Assembly: GCA_963845755.1 (NCBI GenBank)
Contig: CAWJTV010000030.1
Coordinates: forward strand, 32,001 to 96,000
From: an uncultured Planctomycetota bacterium
GTDB taxonomy: Bacteria; Planctomycetota; Planctomycetia; Isosphaerales; Isosphaeraceae
Direction: 5' to 3'
DNA length: 64,000 nt
Shown in pieces: positions 22,768 to 33,074 of the stretch. The notes beneath the pieces are model-generated. The model was not told where the DNA came from and did no database searches. It saw nothing but the letters and a program-made list of their open reading frames with translations. A program made the translations under genes and the position numbers. Every line of letters begins with the position of its first letter. Positions within the stretch are counted from its first letter, which is position 1.

Positions 22768-23168
22768 TGACCGGGGAGGGACTCGAACCCTCGACCAACG
22801 GATTAACGTACCTCATCGGCTTTCACCGACCACCGCAACCCGCGCTCGACCGCCAGCGGCCAAACGCGGAGCTTACGGGTTGAAAGTCTGGACTATCCCT
22901 TCGCCATCGCAGGCGTGCCGCGTCTAGTCTCTGGGGCTGAGGCCGGTTCATCGCCGGTCCCTTGCCTGCTGATTACCCAATCCGCTGTCTTTTCGGACCG
23001 TCACGCTTGCCGTTACCGGCGACGTTGTGGTGCCAGCGGCTCTGAGGGCGTCCCAGCATACTGCGGCATGCACTCATCGCGGTTCGGTTTCTTCCCGCGT
23101 GAGGCTCCTCATGACTGCCTCCCGACAGTCTCCAAAGTCCGTTGCTCTACCGACTGAGCTACCCGGTC
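22768..23168 (-). tRNA. tRNA-Lys(UUU), intron-containing: exon 1 23168-23135, exon 2 22806-22768
   Basis: Joined exons GACCGGG TA GCTC AGTCGGTA GAGC A ACGGA CTT|TTAA TCCGT TGGTC GAGGG TTCGAGT CCCTC CCCGGTC A form a perfect 73-nt cloverleaf with discriminator A73; CCA is not encoded. Confidence 0.93.
22807..23134 (-). ncRNA. Group I self-splicing intron, 328 nt, no homing endonuclease ORF
   Basis: P TATGCTGGGA, Q AATCAGCAGG, R CCAGAGACTAGA, S AAGGGATAGTCC; P3 TGCCGC/GCGGCA, P4 TGCTG/CAGCA, P7 GACTA/TAGTC; 5' exon ends in U, intron ends in G. Confidence 0.93.
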
Positions 23169-23181
23169 TCTCTGCGATTCC

Positions 23182-23210
23182 AGATTAAGCGCCAAGGCCC
23201 GTCGCGTCCA
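23182..23210 (-). promoter_or_regulatory. Putative sigma70 promoter of the tRNA
   Basis: TGGACG-N17-TAATCT ending 13 nt before tRNA position G1. Confidence 0.55.
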
Positions 23211-23475
23211 GTCTTCGCTTCGATCCAGAACTCCCTTCCCTCTGGCCAGCCGACCCGGCGCGCTCTTTCGGCCCGGGGTGGACAAGACACGAGTCTTGCC
23301 GGAAATCGAGATCCGCATACCATAACTCCTTCGAAATCCGGTCTTTCGAAAGAAGTCTCTCCTCACCAGGAGATCTGGGACTTCCAGGACCTTGCCCCCG
23401 GCCTGGCGATTCCCGACAATGGCTTCGCCGTAATCTTCTCGATTGCAAGGGCATTCCCGCTCAGGATCAGCAGCC

Positions 23476-24243
23476 ATGGCGCAACTCGGTATCGTCACCT
23501 ACAATATCGCCAAGGACTGGGACCTGACCACCATCCTCACCAAGCTCCAGACCCTCGGCTATGAAGGTGTCGAGCTCCGCACGACGCATGCCCACAAGGT
23601 CGAGGTCAACCTGTCGAAGCCGCAGCGAGAGGAAGTCCGCAAGCGGTTCGAAGATTCGGCCGTGCAACTGGCGGGCCTGGGCAGTGCTTTCGAATACCAG
23701 GCGAGGGATCCGGCGATCGTGCGCAAGAACATCGAGGAGACCAAGGAGTACGTCCGCCTGGCACACGATATCGGCGCACCCGGCGTGAAGGTCCGACCCA
23801 ATGGGATCCCCAAGGGGGCCGACCTGGAGGCAACTCTCCGCCAGATCGGCGGGGCCCTGCGCGAAGTCGGCGAGGACGCGAATGACTTCGGAATCGAGAT
23901 CCGACTGGAAGTCCATGGTGCCGTGACCTCGCAAATCGAGAATTTCTCCAAGATCCTGAAATATGCGGGTCACCCGAATGTTTATGCGTGCTGGAATTCC
24001 AATCCGACTGACGTCAAGGATGGCTCGATCCGGGAGACGTTCGCCCTCATCGGCGATCGGATCGGTGAAGTCCATCTCCGCGACCTGACGGACGAGAACT
24101 ACCCTTGGCGCCAGCTCTTCGCCTTGTTGACGTCCAGAAACTATGGCGGCTTCACCCTCGCCGAGATTCCCGAGAGCCCCGATCCCGACCGCGTGCTGAG
24201 GTACTTTCGCGCCCTCTGGCTGGCCTATCAGCCGCATGCCTGA
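23476..24243 (+). CDS. Sugar phosphate isomerase/epimerase (xylose isomerase-like TIM barrel)
   Basis: GYEGVELR, IRLEVHG, EVHLRD, TLAE. Confidence 0.85.
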   Translation: MAQLGIVTYNIAKDWDLTTILTKLQTLGYEGVELRTTHAHKVEVNLSKPQREEVRKRFEDSAVQLAGLGSAFEYQARDPAIVRKNIEETKEYVRLAHDIGAPGVKVRPNGIPKGADLEATLRQIGGALREVGEDANDFGIEIRLEVHGAVTSQIENFSKILKYAGHPNVYACWNSNPTDVKDGSIRETFALIGDRIGEVHLRDLTDENYPWRQLFALLTSRNYGGFTLAEIPESPDPDRVLRYFRALWLAYQPHA

Positions 24244-24258
24244 TCCGTCGATTGTTCA

Positions 24259-24936
24259 TCACGGTCGGTCGGAGAGACGAACAAGCACCCAGATGATCAG
24301 GGGCGTGAGCAGGACGAGAAGGAACACGGCCTCCGTGATCCAGAGCCGGGTGGCGCCGGGCTCGGGAAGCCGATCTGGCTCGTCGTCATCGGGTTCATCC
24401 AGGTCGTCCCAGTCGGAATCGGGAACGCCAGGAAGATCGTCGAGCCCGTCCTGGGAATCCTCGACCTCGTTCGGTAAAGACCACTTCTGAGATAGGATGA
24501 TCCGCGCCTGGCTTGCCAGGAGCCTCGGCACCTGCAACTTCACTCCGTTGGTCGCTACCTGGTACATGGCCGGGCTTCCCATCCGCTCCCCTTCGACGAA
24601 GGTTGGGATGCCCTCGGCTTCGAGTCGAATCCTGGCGGCTTCGGCGGCCAAGGTGTGCGGAAAGGTCGTGATGGTGACCCAGGAGATCGACGCGTTGGAG
24701 GATGAGAGCATGGGCGGGCCGGGCTCGTCGGCCTCGAGCACCACGTCATGTTTGGGACACATCGAGCCAACAGCCAGATTCAGGCGGCGCTCGCAGATGG
24801 GACAGTAGCCTCGGAGATGAAGGCTATTGCCGCAATAGAGGCAGAGCGATCCTTCAAGGGAGTCCTCGGCCACGTGGCCGCAAGCTGGGCAGAATCGTGA
24901 TTCCCGAGTCGGGGAGAGCGGCGTCTTGGGGTCCAT
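24259..24936 (-). CDS. Zn-ribbon + DUF2007-like membrane-anchored protein
   Basis: CPAC/CLYC/CPIC/CPKH; AEAARIRLEAEGIPTFV...GVKLQV; acidic linker and C-terminal TM helix. Confidence 0.75.
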   Translation of the reverse strand: MDPKTPLSPTRESRFCPACGHVAEDSLEGSLCLYCGNSLHLRGYCPICERRLNLAVGSMCPKHDVVLEADEPGPPMLSSSNASISWVTITTFPHTLAAEAARIRLEAEGIPTFVEGERMGSPAMYQVATNGVKLQVPRLLASQARIILSQKWSLPNEVEDSQDGLDDLPGVPDSDWDDLDEPDDDEPDRLPEPGATRLWITEAVFLLVLLTPLIIWVLVRLSDRP

Positions 24937-25083
24937 GGTATTAAAGCATCAACCGAGTAGTGAGGATCGGCCGGGCGTCGTGGATGCGAGACCGCTCGAG
25001 CGTCCCCTTGAGTCTAGCCTCGGACACGCTTGATGCCAACTTGGTGGATCGGGTGTTCTGGAATGTCCTCCCGGCGGAGCCGA

Positions 25084-26959
25084 TCAGCGCCGAGTGGTGT
25101 CGTTGGGGCTCATCGCGTTGTTCGCCGCTCGCCACTCCGGTACATCGACTCGCGACTGAATCTCGATAAGATGGATACTGCCTGTACGGGTGGCGACCGC
25201 GATCAGCCCGCGCTCGGACGAATAGGCGAGGCCGGTAGGGCGTGTCCGTCCCAGGTTGAACGGCCCGAGCAGTGGGAAGCGGCCGAGGGAGCGCCGTGGC
25301 GAGGTTTGCGAGATCTCCAGGACGGACTCGTCTTGCCGCGTGGAGATCATGTAATCGGGGTTCCGGATCGGGAGGATCTCTTTCAACATTTCCCGCCGTG
25401 TGGCTATCTCAGACCATTCGATCGCGATTGTATCGCCGTCGCCGGTTGCGGGCATCATGATCCAATCCGCGTCGAAGGACCGCGAAACATAGGGCGCAGT
25501 CGAATTGACCTCCTTGGTCCGACCGAGCAGGTGCGGTGCCTCGGGCACGCTGAGGTCAACCGCCATCGTCTGCTTGGACTTGGCGAAGAATATCGCACCG
25601 AATCGTCCCGAGGCCGAGAGCGTCAACCGCTCGGGATCGTCCGTCGGATCGAAGGTGAGCCGGCTCAAGAGGCGCGGCGACTCGGTACCCTGGCCAAGCG
25701 CGAGGACATCAAGCGCGGGCAACGGCTTCTTCTCGTCGCCTTCCGATCGTCCCGAGGACAAAACGAAGAGAAACCGTCCATCAAGCGATGCGGCCAGGTC
25801 ATCCGGATAGAATCCGGCCAGGTTGCGCGACCCTACTTTCTTCCCGTGCAAATCGAACATCTCCCACCAACCCGGCTCCAGGTGCTTCTGATCGCCTGCC
25901 GGACGCTGGAGCACCACAAATCGCGATCCTAGGGTCACGATTGCAACGGGACGCCCTTCCAAATCTGTCTCGGCAATCGGTCGCAGCTTCAGGTTCCGAT
26001 CGACCTGGTAGGTCAATAGGCGATGATAGCGCGGGCAGATGCCGGCTAGCCGATCCCCGTCGGGCGCGAACGCGACGCGCTCGACGCGCTGTTGTCCGGT
26101 CTTGACTCGATCCATCTCCCGGAGAGACCAGGGTCCCACCACGGCTACCACCGACCGGTTCGCATTATGGATGAGCCAGATGCCCCCGATCATCGCAATT
26201 GAGATGAGGACGAGGCCAATCGCCAGGAAGATGACGATCCGACCGCTGGGCGGGGCGGATGTGCCCTGCTTCGGTATGGACCCATCATCGGAGCGGCGTC
26301 GCCACCCGGGGAGTTTCACCCGGTTCTCGGTACCCGCTCGAATCCGAGCAAGGTTAGTGCGATGACGCACGAATAAGAGAACCATCACGGCGATCGAGAA
26401 TAAGCTCATTGCAACATGCTCGCGACCCCAGGGCGCGGTGACGCGGAGGAAATGCGCCGCCACGAAGCCGGCGCCACCCAGAAGAGAGGCCAGCGACATA
26501 TCGCGCGTCGTCAACAACACCACGCCGAATACGATCATCGCCACGGCACAGGAGACGGGATCGAGGGCGAGCACGGCGCCCAGGCTGGTCGCGACTCCCT
26601 TGCCACCTCGAAACTTGAGATAAACCGGAAACGTGTGACCCAGGATCGCCGCCATCGCGATCAGGACCGGCAGGACCACCGGGGTCGCGCCGAGGAATCG
26701 ATGGAAAAGCCAGGGGAAGACCAGAGTGGGAACGAGTCCCTTCAGGGCATCGAGTACCAGGACCGCCACGAAATAACGCGCAGCCCAGGACACGTCCGAC
26801 GTTCGTGGCCCCCAGATTGCCCGAACCGAGCGTCCGGATGTCGATCCCCTTCACCGCGCGTGCGATCAGGTAGCCGAACGGGATCGACCCGATCAGATAG
26901 GCGCTCAGAATCGCCAGCGTCGAGAAGGCGAGCGTACCCGCCGAAGAAATGCCGGTCAC
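25084..26959 (-). CDS. plsY: Glycerol-3-phosphate acyltransferase PlsY fused to a C-terminal beta-propeller-like domain (frameshift near 26790)
   Basis: [45 protein letters not shown]; then a TM helix and about 350 aa with [29 protein letters not shown] blade-like motifs. Confidence 0.85.
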
Positions 26960-27711
26960 TGGTCGCGCCCAATCTTGAGTTTCCTGGCCTCGGGGATTCC
27001 CAGAAACGCCGATCGTCGCGCGTCGAACACCTCATTCGCCAGCTCGTAATCGTCGTGCCGCCCGATGTCCAGCCAGTAACACTCCTGCCGGTAACAATGA
27101 ACTTCGTGTCCGCTGAGGCGTAAGGATTCCAGGAGGTCAGGCATCGGCAACGACCGTCCCGGCTCCAGAAATTCCCAGGCGAACGGATCGAGGATGTAGA
27201 CACCCATGCTCACCTGGAAGGAATACTCGGGCTTCTCCCGATAGCCGGTCAAGACTTGAGGATCGTCGCCGAAGAGGAGCACGCCGAAATCGATCTTCAC
27301 CTCACGAGGGTATGAGGCGGTCGTCGCCGCCGGACCGCGTCGCCGATGGAACTCGTACATCTCTCCGAAATCGAGCGTCGTCAGGATGTCACCATTGATG
27401 ACAAGAATGGGGTCCGACGGTCGATCAACCAGGGTCAGGCCTCCGGCCGTTCCCAGGGGGGTCACCTCGCGGCGGTATTCCAGTCGAGTTCCAAATCTCC
27501 TCCCATCACCGCAGAACGCTTCGATCAACTCGGTCAGATAACCCGTGATGATCGTGACGTCGCGGAATCCGTACCGCGAAAGTTGGCGGAGGACAACTTC
27601 AATGATCGGCATCGGATCGTCGCCACCCAGGGGCATGAGCGGCTTGGGCAGGACGTGAGTATACGGGCGTAGACGCGTTCCTTTTCCTCCTGCCAGAAGA
27701 ACCGCCTGCAT
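26956..27711 (-). CDS. Sugar-phosphate nucleotidyltransferase
   Basis: [13 protein letters not shown]...PKPL, LGTAG, INGD, WLDIGR. Confidence 0.92.
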   Translation of the reverse strand: MQAVLLAGGKGTRLRPYTHVLPKPLMPLGGDDPMPIIEVVLRQLSRYGFRDVTIITGYLTELIEAFCGDGRRFGTRLEYRREVTPLGTAGGLTLVDRPSDPILVINGDILTTLDFGEMYEFHRRRGPAATTASYPREVKIDFGVLLFGDDPQVLTGYREKPEYSFQVSMGVYILDPFAWEFLEPGRSLPMPDLLESLRLSGHEVHCYRQECYWLDIGRHDDYELANEVFDARRSAFLGIPEARKLKIGRDQ

Positions 27712-27737
27712 CGTCTCTCCCTCCGTGGTACGTACGG

Positions 27738-29006
27738 TCAGGCCGAACCCAAACTCCCTTGGTTCGGCTGGCTAAATCGTCCCGCCCGCAGCCGAGGGAA
27801 GCGACCGCGCGGCCGCGCGTGAGGTGCCCGTGGCTGATTCTTTTTGGCCGCGATCTGGAAGATTTTCAAGAGTTCTGAGACATGGTGATCGAAGGTTTGA
27901 TGCCGGCCCAAGCGGCGAGCCGACGACGACATCGCCGCCCGCTTCGCGCCATCCGTCATGACATCGAGGGCGGCGATCAGCTCGCTCTCGGCGTCGGGTG
28001 ACGTCAACACGTAGCCTTCACGTCCGTCGGTCATCAGGTCCCCTGCCCCGTTCTGCTCGGTCGTGATCACCGGTAAGCCGCACGCCAGTGCCTCGAGGAC
28101 GACCAGCGAGCAAGGATCATAGTAGGTCGGCTGGACGAAGAAATCACTCGACCAGTAGCACTCTCGGACATCGGGATGGAAGCCGAGGAAGTGCACAGAA
28201 TCGTGGATTCCCAGACTTCTGGCAAGCCGAAGATAGGGCGCGGCGTTCCCGCCGCCGCAGACCAGGAGATGAATGGGCCGCGCCGATCGATTGCGCCTCC
28301 ACCGCTCACCGAGTCCCATGAGGAGCGGCTTGAGGCCTTTCAGCGCGAAGTTGTGACCAACGAAGAGGCCCACCAGGTCGGAAGGTTCCAGGCCCATCCG
28401 GTTGCGGAATCCACAACGCAGAGCGCCGGGCTGAGAGACGTCAACCCGTCGCACATCAATCGCGTTGGGCACCACATGGATCTGGTCGAGCGGCACCTGG
28501 CGGAACTGTTCGAGGTGCCGACGGACCATCTCACTCACCGCAACAAACCGCGACGAGCGGATGGGATCATACTGCTTGTTCTCGATGGCGCGGTGGACCC
28601 AGTATTTCGGATTTGCGGACTTCGTCAGCCGATACAGCCCGCGTTGGAGTCCCGTCTGAAACCGCCCGGCATTGGCATCCAGGCTTCCTTTCTGAACGCC
28701 GCCCTGCGGGATGATCACGTCGTGCGCCCAGGTGTTGATGAAGCCGACCGAGCAGTCATGTCCCCCATGTTGCATCGCGGACTCGGAATTCCGGGCGAAG
28801 TTCCAGATCCGCTCCAACCGTGACCGGCCCCTTGTCGATACCGCGACGATGTTGACCTCATGAGGAAGGCAAGCATCGGCCCAACTCTCCGCGTAAAGGT
28901 CCACGCGATGACCATCGAGGACCAGGCATCGGCAGAGATCCGCGACGTATGTCTCGGCGCCACCTCGCGACGGGTCAACGCGCTGATAATTGAGGGCGAG
29001 GTGCAT
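27738..29006 (-). CDS. Glycosyltransferase family 4 (WaaG-like)
   Basis: GGAETY, HNFALKGL, PTYYDPCSLVVLEALACG. Confidence 0.9.
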   Translation of the reverse strand: MHLALNYQRVDPSRGGAETYVADLCRCLVLDGHRVDLYAESWADACLPHEVNIVAVSTRGRSRLERIWNFARNSESAMQHGGHDCSVGFINTWAHDVIIPQGGVQKGSLDANAGRFQTGLQRGLYRLTKSANPKYWVHRAIENKQYDPIRSSRFVAVSEMVRRHLEQFRQVPLDQIHVVPNAIDVRRVDVSQPGALRCGFRNRMGLEPSDLVGLFVGHNFALKGLKPLLMGLGERWRRNRSARPIHLLVCGGGNAAPYLRLARSLGIHDSVHFLGFHPDVRECYWSSDFFVQPTYYDPCSLVVLEALACGLPVITTEQNGAGDLMTDGREGYVLTSPDAESELIAALDVMTDGAKRAAMSSSARRLGRHQTFDHHVSELLKIFQIAAKKNQPRAPHARPRGRFPRLRAGRFSQPNQGSLGSA

Positions 29007-29120
29007 GGTTCCTCCCGTGTAGGTTCTGACGATAAGACGTGTGACCAGTCCGTCATCCTCGTCTTATCGCACGACGATCACGCCGGCCTGTAGCCATTCT
29101 GAAGCAAGACGGCGCCCGAG

Positions 29121-30011
29121 TTAACGCCGCTTTCGGTTGTGCCTCTCGTAGCGTGCGGCCCGGAATCGCACGAGACGCTCCTGCCAGCGGGCGACTGGGA
29201 TCCGAAGGCGCCGGCAGTACTGGTGCCAGAATCGCCGTCGATCGTGGTTGTCGATTCCGGCGACGCCGTAGGTTGAGAACAACAATTGTCCGAGATCTTT
29301 CCAGCGTCCCCAGTCGGGCCAGAATCGATGGGCGCCCAGCCGGTGAAGATCGATCAGGACGAGCCGCGGCGAGGCTCCGTCTTGGACGAGACGGTCGAGA
29401 TTCAGGAAGAAGTGGCAGAGATACAAGTCGTTGTGGAATTCGCGAGCGGCGTGCAGCACCGTCGTGATCCGGGCCATCTCAGAGATCACCCGGCGGCTTG
29501 AGGTCGGTGAACGCCAGCGGCTCGAGCCGCTCCGCCAGCTTCGGCAAGGCTTCGTTGAGCGCCTCGCAACCCGTCAACTCGGCGACCATCAAGAAGCTCC
29601 GCAAGCCGGCATGAGGACCGATCTGCTCACCAGCCGCGACGACCTCGGGCACATCGACACCCAGCGCCGGGCGCGTTCCAGGTGAGCCCACTCCGCAGCC
29701 GCCGGGGATCGTCTTCGAGCAGGGTCGAGCATCGCGGCCAGTCGAATCGTCCAGGGGAGGCGATAATGCCGTTTCAGGTAAACGGAGAGTGGGAATTCAG
29801 GGGCGTCCAGGAGGTCCGAACCACCAGGCGGTCCGGGATGGAAGACGACGCGCACCGTGGAGCGGCCCTGTTTCGCGTGGTGCCGATCCGTGCATGGGAG
29901 ATCCATGACGGTGTCGTCGAAACCTTCGGGTAAGCGGCGTCGATACTGCTCGTTGACCCAGGTCCAGCGCACGCCTCGGGCCCAACGTTCCCAGAACGAT
30001 CCGTACTTCAA
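29121..30011 (-). CDS. LPS (heptose) kinase, WaaP/InaA family (frameshifts near 29660 and 29490)
   Basis: HHAKQGRST, VYLKRH, AAAEW, HNDLYLCHF, LIDLHR, KDLGQL across three ORF pieces. Confidence 0.82.
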
Positions 30012-31616
30012 CGGGCCAGTCCTTCCCATGATCCGGGCCGGTGAAATCGATAGAGACGAACGGCGGGACTTCGCCCATGAGGCGATGCCGGGAACTCCAG
30101 GAGTGGAGTCGCCGAATAGGCGAGCAGGGCGTTGAGCGTCTCCGCCCTAGGACTGACCGCACTCAGCTCATCAAGGCCGACCAGGATATAACTCAGGTGC
30201 GAGTCCGTGAGCGCCTGGCGCACGTGCCAGTAGTCGTACCCCGGTTGTTCGGAGATGAACTTGGCCCAGCCGCGCGTGTCGAGGATGAACTCGTCGGGCC
30301 GGGCGTTCACGTTCAACCACTTGCCCGCGGCCCAATGGCCCCATCGGCTGAGATGATCTCGATGGCTCGGGTTGGTCTGGGTCACGAGGGATCCGAGGAT
30401 CGCCGCTCCGATCACCACGTTGCGGGCGGCGGGATACCAGCGACCGGACAGGCGACTCTTTAAGGCGATCCCGCGACAACAGACGTAAGTCCCCGCCGCG
30501 GCCCACGGAATCGAGGCGACCACGAGCGGCATGACGTGCCGTCCCGAGAGATAGCCGAGCATGACCGAATGCCGCAACAATGCCATGAGGTAAACCGCGG
30601 CGAACACTAGCAGAAGTGGGCCTTCGACTGCATCGCCATCGCCCGGGCGGCGATCCGGCCGAATGTTGCGGATGAATCGTCGCCTCGTCAGTCCCCAGAC
30701 CGTCATCACGGCAAAGCCCCAGCACAGCTCTTCCCACCACTTGCCGGTGATCCGCCCGAGCGACGAACGCCAGCTACGGATCGGGACTTGGTACGACTCT
30801 TCCTTGGCAGAAAAGTCCCAACGCGGATCATCCAGGCCCTGAGGAACCTGCTGTGGAACCGGCCGGCTCATGATCCGTTGTGGCCCGAGTCTTCCCCCGT
30901 ACCGTACGGCTAGCTTCTCAGAGATCTCGCCTTTGACCGCGGAGTAGGAGATCACTACCAGTCCGACTGACCCCAGCAACATCGTCAGGGCGAGAAGTCG
31001 CTCGAGCCGGGATCTGCCCAGGTTCTTCCTGAGGCCGATCAATCCTGTCAGACCGATGGCCACAGGTACCAGGATGACCTCCGGCCGCGCCAGGGTAGCC
31101 TGCGCCAGCGGCCAGGCCCGAGCCCAGTGCGGTGCGCCAGTTTCCAGTCTTCAGGGCCATTGCTCCCAGCCACAAGGCAAGGAATGTTGAGAACAGGCCC
31201 AGGCTATCGGCCAGAGTATCGTGTCCCACCTCCGCCACGCGCGGGAGCAGAGCCAGGAGCCCCGCCGCCACGAAAGCGATTCTCCGGTCGAACAGCACTG
31301 CGGTCAGGAAGTAAACCGGGACCAGCAATCCAACCGATGCCATCGACGCGACCAGTTGAGCGGCAATCCTCCAGCCATCCGGCCCATGACCAGTGAACGT
31401 CGTCACGACCGGCTCGACGATCGCAACCAGCGACGGATAGAGCGGATGCACATCCGTCCCGCGGATGACATCGGTCCAGGTATCGGTCTGGAACTGCCGG
31501 GCGACCCGGATGAACTTGAGGCCGTCCTGCGCAGGGAGCAAGGTCCGGGCGATAAACCAAACATGAAGGCTCATCGCGAGCAAGAGGATCGCGAGCAGAC
31601 TCCGGCGCCGGGCCAT
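30008..31616 (-). CDS. GT-C membrane glycosyltransferase (ArnT/PMT-like; frameshift near 31095)
   Basis: Multiple TM segments; QDGLKFI, HPLYP, LADSL motifs. Confidence 0.78.
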
Positions 31617-32077
31617 CGCGATCCTCCGTGATCAGCGGGTCTGCTCAATCGGGTTCCAGGTCGAATGGGTCGGCGCATTAGCCATCGTTCCGGCTCGGCG
31701 GTTACAGGCCGAAGCAGGAAGACAAGCCAATGAGCCATGCATCATGAGACAAGTCGAGGCTAGTATAGGGACCATGCAGGGACGGTCAATGGCACTTATC
31801 AGTGCCTTTGTCTTCGCCAACCACTGGCCACTGCGAATTCCCGGATTGAATCTGAGGGATTAACGCCACATCGAGCATCATCCCGATTCGACCGGGGCGC
31901 ACCCTTGAGGCCGCATGGTTCGATTACTGCCCGCACGCAGCGGAGGTCGATCAAGGGATCTGCAAGGACGAGGAATCCTCTGATGGCTCAATGAGAGCCG
32001 ACCATATAGCCGCAGCGAGCCGGGATCGACGAGGCTATCGAGCGTCCACCAGCGCGAGCAGGCCGACGAACTCAACT

Positions 32078-33064
32078 TCAGGATGCCAGCAGTCTTTTGT
32101 AGGGCTCTGGGTTGGCGCGCCAGAGGTCTTGGCTGCGTCCCTCACGGGTTTCGCGCCACAGATCGGCGAGCGATTCCTCCCACGCGATTCTCGGCTGCCA
32201 TCCGGTATCAGCGACGATGCGGCCGATTGCAGCGCGCGAATCCGCCGGCCCTCGCCGGCCTAGTAACGCAGGATCAACGCGGAGCTTGACCGTTCGGCCA
32301 CTCCACCGCAATAAGGAGTCGAGTCCGTCGCCGACGCGATTTGATTGGCCGGTTCCAACATGATAGACCTGTCCCAGACGGCCACGTAGAGCCAGCGCGA
32401 TCATCGCACGCGCCACGTCGCGAACGTCGATGAAATCGCGGCGGGCCTCGAGGTCCCCGACCACCAATTCCAGCGGATCCGGGCCGGGCTCTCCAAGTCG
32501 TGCCGCGAACTGGCCGAATGCTTGAGTCTGGGGTGTGCCCGGACCGATCGGGTTGAACACACGCGCGACCACAACCTCGAGGGGAGGCCGCTCTGAGAGG
32601 CCCCGGAGCGTAGCCAGATGCTTACTTCGACCGTAAGCGTCAACCGGATAGCCGGTATAGTCCTCACCCACCGGAAGATGCGTGGCCTCGACCGGACCCA
32701 ACTCGGCCGCCGAACCGGACAGCACAATTCGACACGGTTTGCTCAAGCACCGCAAGGCACTGAGCAGATGGATGGTCAACCAGAAATTTGCGCGGTAAAG
32801 CTCATCGTCTGTGGCTGGAGGTGTCCGTCCCGCCGTGTGGATCACGTAGTCCGGGGCAAATCGTTGCAGACAATCGCGAAGGGATGCCGTGTCATTCAAG
32901 TCGACGGCGACGAACCGTTCCTCGGGCCATCCCTGAGGTCAACGCCGACTCATCAGGATGACTTCCGTATCGGACCCGGAAACCCAGTCTTCACATGACG
33001 TCAGGGCTTCCACGACATGGCGACCCACGAAACCGGTCGCCCCCGTCACCAACCAGAGCGCCAT
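32078..33064 (-). CDS. NAD-dependent sugar epimerase/dehydratase (Rmd-like; frameshift near 32935)
   Basis: VTGATGFVG, SGSAAE, YGRSK, RVFNPIGPG, RDFIDVRD. Confidence 0.88.
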
Positions 33065-33074
33065 GCTCTTCTCC

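Noticed and set aside
22915..23157. Short ORFs overlapping the intron as a homing endonuclease
   Set aside because: At most 80 aa, on the opposite strand and over the ribozyme core, with no LAGLIDADG, HNH or GIY-YIG motif.
22768..23168. Alternative reading as tRNA-Asn(GUU) (CT^GTTAA)
   Set aside because: The intron would end in C instead of the obligatory terminal G, and A73 fits Lys whereas Asn normally has G73.
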